Positions 49,873 through 59,652 of a stretch of DNA of 64,000 bases are shown piece by piece. A program made the position numbers and the translations under genes. Below the pieces are notes generated by a model. The model saw only the letters and a list, made by a program, of their open reading frames with translations. It ran no database searches and was not told the DNA's origin. Origin of the DNA: Saccostrea cucullata (Eukaryota). The first letter of the stretch is position 1, and each line of letters opens with the position of its first letter. The DNA lies in NCBI RefSeq assembly GCF_032062105.1, contig NW_026929305.1, positions 248,001 through 312,000 of the forward strand. Direction: 5' to 3'.

Positions 49873-50884
49873 TGATTACTATTGCAATTTACTTGCCCTA
49901 AAAGGTCTAGTGATGCAAATGTCGTGGTTTTCGGGACCATATTCAAAACCCGATTATTTTGGGAACCCGGTTATAATTATATATTGGGAATTGTTTGTAA
50001 TGTAATTTATTTTGCTTGCATTTTATTGTAGTAAATCACAAATGAGTCCGACTGCGACTCGGACTAGCTGTGATAGTCCCCGTTATCTTTTGCTTTTTAC
50101 ATGACTTGAAGGTCTAGTGATGTAAATATCTTCATTTTCCGAACATTGTTCAAAAAGACATTATACTGGTATTGTTCTCTATTATACCATACCTCAATTG
50201 TATTTGTTCCAATGCTTTCGAGTCATTTGTATATATTGTAATGAAAGATACTGTTTTTTTTCTTCAATTTTAATGTATTGAGATGAAGTATTAGTGGATA
50301 ACATGTATATAATATTTTTCATAGACATTTTGTTGTAACAGTCACCGTGGAATCTAATTATGGCACCATTTAAGTCATGTGTAATAAAAATTTTAATTTA
50401 ATCTTAACATGTTAAAACCGTTTTAATACAAAGTATATTGTTCTTGAAATATTTCAAAAATTACACATGGCTTAAATATATGGCTGGCGTCCCCGTCGCG
50501 GTGCTGGGCGTCACACCTTCACACCAATTCCTTTAAACAGAAGAAAGTCTTTCATTTTAAATACTTCCAGCATCATTTGTATGCGCAAATCATTTTTTCC
50601 CTGGTTTAAAAGTGTGAATGTGTGATGGCAAATAGCCAATTTGTCCCGGTGGACTGGAAAAAAAAATTTGCACTATTTGTGAGAATACAACGCAAAAGGT
50701 ATTTTAATACGAAATACAGTCCTATTTTGTCAAAAGGTTATAATAGTTAACTTGTAAACCGAGGAGGGGGAATATAAATTAAGGGGGAAAAAACGAAGAA
50801 AAAAAAATTGGTATGTATGCGTATTAAAATACCTTAAGAATATATTTCTACGCAGTATTGTTAAAATAACTTCTTTTCCAGATA

Positions 50885-51316
50885 ATGGATTCAATCGATG
50901 GAACATTGCTGCAAGTGTTGGGGTTGAGTTTTAAGGTCCAACAAAGCAAATCGATGTCCAAAGAGCAAGTACAAATGTTCAACACTCTTACAAATAAACT
51001 AAGCGAAGAGGTTTCAAATATAAAGAAAGAGTTTGAAGCGATGGAAAAAAGAACAGTCGACTCCAAAAAGGAAGAAGCGACGTTAAAACGAAAATTTCAA
51101 GCATTAAAGAAGGAAGTCGAAGCACTCAAAATAAAAAATCAGAAATTAGAAAAAACGACGACGGAACTGAAGGCAAAATGTACAGATCTAGAAAAAGACC
51201 TTGATTCTAGCTGGGTTGAAGATATAGAACTGGATACAGGTGCCAATGAAGAAGGAAAGCAAAATGAAAAAGGAGAGGCGAGAAATGAGGAGAATACCGC
51301 AAAAACCAAAGAATAG
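50885..51316 (+). CDS. 143-aa coiled-coil protein with acidic tail, putative Helentron accessory gene
   Basis: Heptad K/E/L-rich sequence; acceptor-like cttttccag immediately before ataATG; AATAAA near 51628. Confidence 0.55.
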   Translation: MDSIDGTLLQVLGLSFKVQQSKSMSKEQVQMFNTLTNKLSEEVSNIKKEFEAMEKRTVDSKKEEATLKRKFQALKKEVEALKIKNQKLEKTTTELKAKCTDLEKDLDSSWVEDIELDTGANEEGKQNEKGEARNEENTAKTKE

Positions 51317-51843
51317 GAGAGAAAACTGAACACAGAGAAAAAACAGAGAAAAAACTTTAACGACTATAATAGAGCTTATTTGTTTTGCATTTGTGATTTT
51401 GTTTAACATCAATGCGTGAATATGTACTCATAGTTTTAAAGCAATTATGTTATAGTTGTGTATAGAGCAATTAATGTATGTTATGTACAAATACATATGT
51501 TAAAAAAATCCTTTTGTGTAATGCTTAATACATCACCCGAAGAGGTCAATTTTTTACTAGGTCTTATTAATAATTTTTCTTCATAAAAACTTTATTTTCT
51601 ATCGAACTTTTGTATAATAGAAAATACAATAAATGATTGTTTTATTGTATGTTGAAAGAGCTTTTCTAAAGTCCCTGGGTATCTCCTTAAATTGAAAGAT
51701 GTTAACTTTCATTAATCTTTATCAAGATTTCAGAAGAGCTCTTAAAGAGACACTTAATAACTGTAAAAGTGTCTCCAAAAAAATATAGATTTACAATAAA
51801 TATCTTTTTTCAGATGGACCCGTCTTAGTGTAAGGATTAACCA

Positions 51844-54800
51844 ATGTCCAAAAGGAAACGAACATTTAGTGGTCGAGAGAAAAAAGCCAAAGAAAGATAT
51901 AGGAAAAGGAGAAAACGGGAGGAAAAACCACGAACTCTTACGTATAGTCCAATTACTAAATCATGGGCTGCTCAAAAAAGAGAGGAACAAAAATTGACTT
52001 TACAAAATGATCATCATCTTTATGATAATACGTCTTCTACAAAGCTAGGACACCCCTCTAAGCTTCAACCAACTTCTCCGAATGGTAACTGTTTCTTCAA
52101 TGCACTATCATTTATCCTAACTGGAACAGAGAAGTTTCACAGCCAAATAAGGGCAAATGTGTGTGATTTTATTTCTACTCACTCTGCAGACTTGCAAGAA
52201 TTTTTACCAAACACCTGTCAAGGAGATGGAAAAAAATATTTAAATGATTCATCAATGAGAGTGATAGGTACTTGGGCGTCAGAGACAGAAATTTTTGCAG
52301 CTGCTTACATGTTAAATACAGAAATTTACGTCTATACCAAATATGGATGGCAATGGAAATGGTTACGACACAGCCCACCTGAACCTGCAAACACTTTGGG
52401 TATTTACTTGTATCATCATAATTTGAATCATTACGAAGTCGTTCTCGAAGTCGCTAAACAAAATTCAAAGAATCTGAAAAACCAAGAACGTTATTTTTCA
52501 AATAGGGAAAATGAAAGGAATCGCAAAAGAACAAAGTATGCTAGTGACTCTTCTGCGCGTGAAGCAAAGAAACTTAAAATGAAAGTTAAATACCATAGTG
52601 ATGTTAAAAGCAGAGAATATATCAGGAAGACAAACAATGAAAGACAAAAGAAGAAGTACAACTCTAACACTGCGTTTAGACGTAAACAAAAACAACGTGT
52701 GAAGCACCATTATGAAACATCAAGCACATATAGAAACCTTAAACTCATGTTATCACGAATGAGATACCTGTCAAACGCAGTGTTTAGGCAATCAATTCAA
52801 AAAATTGCAAGAAAACGGTACATTGAGGACTATACCTATCAGAACAAAATGAAAACTGCATCTAAAAAGAAGTACAAGACCAATACAGGCTTTCGCCAAA
52901 GTGTGAAAGAGTCATCCAAGAAGAAGTACAAGACCAATCCAGGCTTTCGTCAAAGTGTTAAACACTCGTCTAAGAAAAAGTACAAGACCAATCCAGACTT
53001 TCGTCAAAGTGTTAAACAGTCGTCTAAGAAGAAGTACAAGACCAATCCAGACTTTCGTCAAAGTGTTAAACAGTCGTCTAAGAAAAAGTACAAAGCCAAT
53101 CCAGACTTTCGTCAAAGTGTTAAAGAGTCGTCTAAAAATGTGAAAAACTATTCTAAACAAAAATACAATGAAGACAAAGACTTTAAGCAGCATGTGAAGT
53201 CATACTCCAAAATGAAATATAAAGTAAACGCAGATTTCAGACAATGTGTCAGAGCTTCGTCCTTGAAAAGATACGCATCAAGACCATTATTTCGATACAA
53301 GCTGAAGAAGTATCTCTCTCATCAATATCACAGCGATAGGAGTATAAAACGTAAGAAAAAAGAAACTGTCCGACTAAGAAGAAAATCCTTAGACAAAGCC
53401 TTGCAGACATTTCTGAGAAATATAGGAAAAACTCCGAAATACACCTGTACAGTATGTGCACGAATATTGTTTAAAGAACAAGTTAAGTTGTGCAATAAAT
53501 CTAAATATATAGAAAGCAAATATGCAGAAAATGCTAAGAAATGTTTGATAGGAAACTTTGTGTGCGACTCGAAAGAATGGATATGCATAACCTGTGACAA
53601 ACATTTGAGCTGTGGCAACATGCCCCCTCAAGCTCTTGCCAATGGATTGCATCTCAATCCAATGCCGGAGGAACTGAGTAGCCTGAACAGTCTAGAAAGG
53701 CAACTAGTCGCACTTCGTATTCCATTCATGAAAATTTTATCACTACCCCGTGGTGGACAACGGGGTGTGAAAGGCCAAGTTGTGAATGTACCTTCCAATA
53801 TTAACAGTGTAACGTCTTCACTCCCTAGAAGCATAGAAGGTGCCCAGATGATTAAAGTGAAACTGAAACGAAAACTATCATACAAAGGATATCAACAGTA
53901 TGAGTGGATACGTCCTACAAAAGTCATAGAGGCTGTCAAATACCTTGTGGAAAATAACTGTTGGTACTCTCAAATTACCTTAAACGACAATTGGTTTGAC
54001 ACAAACAATGATTCGGACTTAGTACGGGAGGAGAATATGCAAGAGAGCTCAGATGATGAAAACCCTCACGATACACAAAGTGCAGACTCAGAAAGTGCAG
54101 AAAGTGATTCACAAGATAAAGATGCACAAATTCATCCAATAGAAACGTGCTCAGAACCTCTTGATCTAGGACAGGAATTTCTTGACACAGATAACAAAAT
54201 TTTCTGTGTAGCACCTGGTGAAGGGCAAACGCCACAAAGTATTTTTCAAGAAAAGGGGGCAGAGGCAATGGCATTTCCAGCCCTTCTTCCAAATGGAAAA
54301 TACGGGTTTTCAGAAGAAAGAAAAATAAAACTTTCACCCTCAAAATACTTTAACTCACGCCTGTTTTGTGCTGACACACGTTTTGCAAAAGACAATAAAT
54401 TTATTTTCTTCGCACAGTTTATGATAGAGATGAGTAACATAAAATCAAACTTATCTATTGCTCTGCGAAAAGGAAAGGCAAAAACAGATGATGGGAAAAA
54501 AATAACAGCCTCAATGCTTACTAATTCAGAAAACTTACAACAGATATTAAAGACAGACGCTGGATTTCGCTTTCTACAACCCGTAAGAGGCTCGCCACCA
54601 TACTGGCAAAGGACCATGAAGGATCTATATGCAATGATTCGTCAACTAGGAATACCAACATGGTTTGTGACTTTCTCTGCAGGTGAAACGCGTTGGGAAG
54701 AGACAATTGATGCACTTAAGAACAAAAATGATATTCGACCTATACAAGATATTGAATGGACAGAGAAATGTCAACTTATTAGAGAAAATCCAGTTATGTG

Positions 54801-57800
54801 TGCAAGACTATTTAATCATCGGGTACAAAGACTTTTTACCGATCTCATCATGTCTCCTGCGCAACCAGTTGGAGAAGTCACTGACTTTTTCTATAGAACA
54901 GAGTTCCAACAGCGTGGTTCCCCACACATACACTGTTTGTTGTGGGTAAAGAACGCTCCAAGACTAGGCAAAAACACAGACAAAGAAATTTGCTCGTTTG
55001 TCGATAAATACATCACCTGTTCTCTGCCTGATCCTGAAAAAGATCCCGATCTTAATGACATTGTAAAAGCAGTTCAAATGCACAATAAATCACATACAAA
55101 GTCATGTAAGAAACATTCTACAACATGCAGATTCAACTTCCCAAGACCTCCCATTTTGGAGAGTTTTATCGCAAAAGTGCCTGACGACAAAGATACAACA
55201 AAATTTAAAGAGGGAGGATCAGATATGCCAACTATAGAGGAAATAAACAAAATGTGCAAAGCAGCAAATCAAAGATCACCAAAACAAATAGTAAAAGATG
55301 TATGGAGTATCATTAGCTCTACAGAGAATGTAGAAGAATCAACAATAGATAACATCCTACAGTCATGCAACGTCTCCTACTCAGCATTTGTAGACAGTTT
55401 GAAAACTATCACCAAAAGAAACTGCATATATCACAAAAGAGGTCTATCTGACACTTGGGTAAATAATTACAATCAAACCCTACTCAGAGCCTGGAACGCC
55501 AACATGGATATACAATATATTATGGACCCGTACTCATGCGTAGCTTACATTCTATCTTACATCAGCAAAGCAGAAGCAGAAATCGGAGAACTGCTAGCAG
55601 ATGCACAAAAAGAAGCTAGGGAGGGAAATAAAGACGCAGCTTCGGCAATGAAACAAATATCACACGTTTATATACAAAACAGAGAGGTGTCGGCCCAAGA
55701 AGCAGTATACAGAATTTGCAGTATGCATCTGAAAGAATGTTCAAGACAGGTTCTTTTTATCCCTACAGGAAATGATGCTTTTAGAATGAGTCTTCCTTTG
55801 AGTGCTCTTCATTCAAAAGAAGGAAGCAGCGAGGATATATGGATGCCATCTATCATGGATAAGTATTACTCTCGCCCTGATACAGAAGACTTTGATGACC
55901 AATGTCTAGCAGAGTTCTGTTCCAACTATTGCTTCTATCCAAAATCAAGACCTCCAAAGGCATCCAAAAAGAATAAAGACATTTCCTCAATTCATGAACT
56001 CCAGAAAGGATTAGGATATATTAAAAGAAGAATGGAGGGAAAAGAGGCTATTATTCGGTACCCAAGATTCAATCGTCTTAAAAATCCAAACGACTTCTAC
56101 TTGTCTCTGTTACAACTATACTTGCCTCACAGAAGACCAATAGACTTAGCGTCTAAAGACTTAGAAGAATATATTCAGCATGCAAAAGTTGGGGACAAAA
56201 ATGTATTAGATATTGTTAATCAAAACAGAGGTCTCTTCGAGAAAGATGTACAGGACCTGGAACGAGCTTGGGAAGATGTTCAAGAGGGCCGTATTGGAGA
56301 AGATGCCTGGTCAGCAGTTGCCCCAGAGTGTGAGGCAGAGAGACTGAACATTCAAGAGGAAAACAAGCAGCTTACTCAAGAAAAAGAGAACGAAGAAGAA
56401 ATTTCACCTGATATTGAACTTTTGGCATCTTCAGAAAAAGAGAAAAGTATGACTAAATGTGTTACACAATATCAGAGGCCAAAACTCTCCCAAAAAGAAA
56501 TCCAAGATTCGCTGAGAAACATGAACGAAAAGCAACAAAGAATATTCTATCAAGTTAGAGAATGGGTTCTAAAAGTTTCATGGAATCAGCATCCCGAGCC
56601 TCTACATGTATTTGTAACTGGAGGTGCTGGCACAGGAAAATCACATCTTATTAAATGTATTTACCATGAGACAAACAGAATTCTATCTAAAACAGTAGAA
56701 AACCCCGATTCAGCGACAACTCTTATAGCAGCTCCAACAGGTACAGCTGCTTTCAACATTGGGGGCATGACTCTCCATTCGGCATTTGGTATCAGCAAGA
56801 ACATTAAACTTCCTTATACACCTTTGGGAGAAAATATTTTAAACACATTAAGAGCAAAGTATGAAAATTTGAAACTCATCATTATTGATGAAATATCAAT
56901 GGTGGACCATAAACTTCTCACCTATGTCCACGGCAGATTAACTCAAATTAAGCAGTCAAAGAAAGTTTTTGGGAATGTTGCAGTATTGGCCTTTGGAGAT
57001 TTCTACCAACTGCCACCAGTGAAAGCATCACCACTCTATAAAGTTAAGGAGTCTGTTATGGTGGATCTTTGGAACCCCTTGTTCTCTAAAGCTACGTTGA
57101 CTGAGATTATGCGCCAGAAAGACGATGCTAAATTTGCAGAGATGTTGAATCGTTTACGAATTCGAGGTCGAGGAGAACCGTTACTTCAACAAGATATTGA
57201 AATGCTGCAATCTGTATCATGTGATTTGGCACCTAAGAATATGCAAGATGCTCTTCACATTTATTCTCTGAATAAAGATGTTGCAACGCATAATGAGGCT
57301 ATGGTCGATGCAATTTGTCATCCTTGTATTTTATCCACAGCAAAGGACTATACAAGGAGTAGTGTAACTGGAAACTTGGTCTTAAGGTACCAACCTTACA
57401 GCTCCTCATCACAAGAAGACCTCCCAGAAGTACTAAAATTAGGACTGAATGCAAGGGTGATGTTAACTCGAAATATCGACACCGAAGACGGTCTTGTGAA
57501 TGGCGCATTTGGAACTATTACTGCTATAGACCAACCTCAGGAAAATAATGTTAGAGCTGTTTACGTTAAATTTGACAACAACACAATAGGAAGAAAAGCA
57601 AAATCCAAAGCAGTCTCAGACATACCAGGATCAGAAGGTGCAGTCAGAATCACACTATTTGAAGATTCTCTTGCTGGTAAAAATGCAGTTAGAAGGCAAT
57701 TTCCTCTCAAGCTTGGCTGGGCTGCAACAATACACAAAGTACAAGGAATGACTTCCAATCGTGTAATTGTTTCACTTAACAGAGTATTTCAGCCTGGCAT

Positions 57801-58623
57801 GGCATATGTTGCACTAAGCAGAGCAACTGCCCTTGAAGGATTACGCATAATAAACTTTGATATGAATAGCATATTTGCCTCTGAAGATATCAAAAAAGCT
57901 TTGGAAAATATGCCAGACTTTCTCCCCCCGAACGATCCAAACATTGAAAGTAACTCGTTAAAGATAGCTTTACACAATACAGAAGGCCTTATTATCCACA
58001 AAAGGGACATTGAAAGCGCACAGATTCTTAATGATGCACACGTGATATGTTTCACCGAAACCTGGTTGAAAAAAGATGACTATATCCCAAAATCAATCTT
58101 ACCAAACTCGATGGTATATTCAATGCCTCGAAAAGAAGCCTACTCTTCTGCTGACCAGACATTTCGACAATTTGCGACAATGGAAAGAGGAGGTGTTGCA
58201 ATATTTACAAGAGACGTGGAAAGTACATTATACGATACCCGTACTGCAAATTTGGAGTGCGTAGCGGTAATGATAAAGAAACCAATCAGTGTAGCAGTGC
58301 TGGTTATCTACCGCCCTCCAATATACTCTTTAACCAAATTTAAAGAGCGCCTAGAGAGTCTTCTTCTCCGGATCGCTGCAGACATATCTTCACCAGTTAT
58401 CATTCTTGGGGATTTTAATGATAACGCGCTCAACACAGCACCGTGTTTGCAGGAAATATTTACCAAATATGGTTACCAACAGCTTGTAAAATCACCAACA
58501 ACAGAGTCTGGGACATGCCTCGATCTGGCTCTAGTAAAAGGTTTTGATGAGCTTCCAAGAGTGACTGTGAAACCCATTTATTATAGTTTTCACGATGTTA
58601 TCTACATTGAATGTAAAACATAA
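51844..58623 (+). CDS. Helentron Rep/helicase transposase, 2259 aa: OTU protease, basic repeats, Zn finger, HUH Rep, PIF1 helicase, AP endonuclease
   Basis: OTU GNCFFNALS/WA/NHY; CTVC...CITC; Rep FVTFS, YRTEFQQRGSPHIHCLLW (Helentron-type RGSPH), YILSYISK; helicase GGAGTGKS, DEISM, GDFYQLPPV, TIHKVQG, YVALSR; endonuclease HNTEGL, FTETW, IYRPP, GDFND, FHD; uninterrupted ORF. Confidence 0.96.
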   Translation: MSKRKRTFSGREKKAKERYRKRRKREEKPRTLTYSPITKSWAAQKREEQKLTLQNDHHLYDNTSSTKLGHPSKLQPTSPNGNCFFNALSFILTGTEKFHSQIRANVCDFISTHSADLQEFLPNTCQGDGKKYLNDSSMRVIGTWASETEIFAAAYMLNTEIYVYTKYGWQWKWLRHSPPEPANTLGIYLYHHNLNHYEVVLEVAKQNSKNLKNQERYFSNRENERNRKRTKYASDSSAREAKKLKMKVKYHSDVKSREYIRKTNNERQKKKYNSNTAFRRKQKQRVKHHYETSSTYRNLKLMLSRMRYLSNAVFRQSIQKIARKRYIEDYTYQNKMKTASKKKYKTNTGFRQSVKESSKKKYKTNPGFRQSVKHSSKKKYKTNPDFRQSVKQSSKKKYKTNPDFRQSVKQSSKKKYKANPDFRQSVKESSKNVKNYSKQKYNEDKDFKQHVKSYSKMKYKVNADFRQCVRASSLKRYASRPLFRYKLKKYLSHQYHSDRSIKRKKKETVRLRRKSLDKALQTFLRNIGKTPKYTCTVCARILFKEQVKLCNKSKYIESKYAENAKKCLIGNFVCDSKEWICITCDKHLSCGNMPPQALANGLHLNPMPEELSSLNSLERQLVALRIPFMKILSLPRGGQRGVKGQVVNVPSNINSVTSSLPRSIEGAQMIKVKLKRKLSYKGYQQYEWIRPTKVIEAVKYLVENNCWYSQITLNDNWFDTNNDSDLVREENMQESSDDENPHDTQSADSESAESDSQDKDAQIHPIETCSEPLDLGQEFLDTDNKIFCVAPGEGQTPQSIFQEKGAEAMAFPALLPNGKYGFSEERKIKLSPSKYFNSRLFCADTRFAKDNKFIFFAQFMIEMSNIKSNLSIALRKGKAKTDDGKKITASMLTNSENLQQILKTDAGFRFLQPVRGSPPYWQRTMKDLYAMIRQLGIPTWFVTFSAGETRWEETIDALKNKNDIRPIQDIEWTEKCQLIRENPVMCARLFNHRVQRLFTDLIMSPAQPVGEVTDFFYRTEFQQRGSPHIHCLLWVKNAPRLGKNTDKEICSFVDKYITCSLPDPEKDPDLNDIVKAVQMHNKSHTKSCKKHSTTCRFNFPRPPILESFIAKVPDDKDTTKFKEGGSDMPTIEEINKMCKAANQRSPKQIVKDVWSIISSTENVEESTIDNILQSCNVSYSAFVDSLKTITKRNCIYHKRGLSDTWVNNYNQTLLRAWNANMDIQYIMDPYSCVAYILSYISKAEAEIGELLADAQKEAREGNKDAASAMKQISHVYIQNREVSAQEAVYRICSMHLKECSRQVLFIPTGNDAFRMSLPLSALHSKEGSSEDIWMPSIMDKYYSRPDTEDFDDQCLAEFCSNYCFYPKSRPPKASKKNKDISSIHELQKGLGYIKRRMEGKEAIIRYPRFNRLKNPNDFYLSLLQLYLPHRRPIDLASKDLEEYIQHAKVGDKNVLDIVNQNRGLFEKDVQDLERAWEDVQEGRIGEDAWSAVAPECEAERLNIQEENKQLTQEKENEEEISPDIELLASSEKEKSMTKCVTQYQRPKLSQKEIQDSLRNMNEKQQRIFYQVREWVLKVSWNQHPEPLHVFVTGGAGTGKSHLIKCIYHETNRILSKTVENPDSATTLIAAPTGTAAFNIGGMTLHSAFGISKNIKLPYTPLGENILNTLRAKYENLKLIIIDEISMVDHKLLTYVHGRLTQIKQSKKVFGNVAVLAFGDFYQLPPVKASPLYKVKESVMVDLWNPLFSKATLTEIMRQKDDAKFAEMLNRLRIRGRGEPLLQQDIEMLQSVSCDLAPKNMQDALHIYSLNKDVATHNEAMVDAICHPCILSTAKDYTRSSVTGNLVLRYQPYSSSSQEDLPEVLKLGLNARVMLTRNIDTEDGLVNGAFGTITAIDQPQENNVRAVYVKFDNNTIGRKAKSKAVSDIPGSEGAVRITLFEDSLAGKNAVRRQFPLKLGWAATIHKVQGMTSNRVIVSLNRVFQPGMAYVALSRATALEGLRIINFDMNSIFASEDIKKALENMPDFLPPNDPNIESNSLKIALHNTEGLIIHKRDIESAQILNDAHVICFTETWLKKDDYIPKSILPNSMVYSMPRKEAYSSADQTFRQFATMERGGVAIFTRDVESTLYDTRTANLECVAVMIKKPISVAVLVIYRPPIYSLTKFKERLESLLLRIAADISSPVIILGDFNDNALNTAPCLQEIFTKYGYQQLVKSPTTESGTCLDLALVKGFDELPRVTVKPIYYSFHDVIYIECKT
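52861..53135 (+). repeat. In-frame 51-bp (17-aa) tandem repeat SKKKYKTNPDFRQSVKx, about 5 copies
   Basis: Visible in both the DNA and the translation. Confidence 0.9.
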
Positions 58624-58914
58624 TCACTTTGACTGAATATGCATTTGAGTGAACGATATAAATTAATGTACATTGTAAATTAAATCTAAAACAATTGTCC
58701 ATTGCAATGCTGTAAATATGTTGTTTTTTTTTCATTTTGATAAATTTAAGTCAAGTCGTAAAGATGATGTCTCTAATATTCTATTGTAAATCGATATAAA
58801 CATGCTATGTGTATAATTTATTCACAATCAATCCTATCATGTCCATTTAACCGAATGTTGAGAAAGACTAACATGTGTAGGTGTATATTTTAATGTACTT
58901 GTATATATTATTGT

Positions 58915-58934
58915 AAAAAAAAAAAGAAAAAAAG

Positions 58935-58977
<43 letters not shown>

Positions 58978-58980
58978 AAA
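58915..58980 (+). repeat. Genome-encoded 66-nt A tract with 3 G interruptions
   Basis: Seen directly, 292 nt after the Helentron stop codon. Confidence 0.97.
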
Positions 58981-59035
58981 CACTGTCGTCGTCTGCCAGG
59001 CGACCTGACGAGCCCTTACAGGGCGAAACAGTGTT
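58979..59035 (+). ncRNA. Type III hammerhead ribozyme; predicted cleavage after GUC at 58987
   Basis: Stem III aacactg/cagtgtt; GUC triplet; stem I gtcgtc(t)/(a)ggcgac; core CTGACGA (59005-59011); stem II gccc/gggc with loop ttaca; GAAA (59025-59028). All core consensus nucleotides are present. Confidence 0.92.
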
Positions 59036-59225
59036 CTTAGCATCTCCACTCTATCAAATATCTCCAACTCGATTTTGTCTTCAAATAAGAAAAAAGATTC
59101 AACCACACTTTGAATACTTTCTGAGGAAATAATTAAATTTTAGGTGCAAGCTACAAAAAAATTAATTAGGAAAATACATGGCTCTCATCCGGTACGCCGA
59201 GATGAGGGCTTTTTTTTTTATTTAT

Positions 59226-59640
59226 TATACCCCCGCTAGAAAAGTGCGAGGATATATAGAAATCGAAATGTCCATTCGTCTGTTACGCTTTCGGGTACCC
59301 ATCTCTTTTCTGCAACTCCTCTTTACAGTTACCACTGAATGGATATCTTAAACAAAAATGAGACTTTCACAAAATCTTTGTTATATAGTGTAATTGTGCA
59401 CCTCATATTTTACTTTTTGATCGGACACATATTTTGAATTTTCTACAGCAAAACATTGACACTGCCTTTTTCTATAACATGGATGGTTACTCATCTCTTA
59501 TCCGCAACTCCTCCTACACCACTGAATAAAATTTTATGATAATTTCACAGATTCTTTATTACATAATGCCGTTGTGCACCTCCTATTATACTTAATAATC
59601 CGACACTTATTTCGGGTCTTCAAGAGCAAAACAGGGACTT
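59226..59640 (+). mobile_element. HINE-like 5' fragment with two ~190-bp internal repeats
   Basis: ttatacccccgc...gcgaggatata head; catctctt..tc.gcaactcctc occurs twice. Confidence 0.45.
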
Positions 59641-59652
59641 TGTCATTAAAAA

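Noticed and set aside
58915-58980. Poly(A) as the tail of a retrocopied mRNA or LINE/SINE
   Set aside because: No nearby AATAAA, no recognisable retroelement body or TSD, and the last A residues pair into hammerhead stem III. Not fully excluded without comparing other copies.
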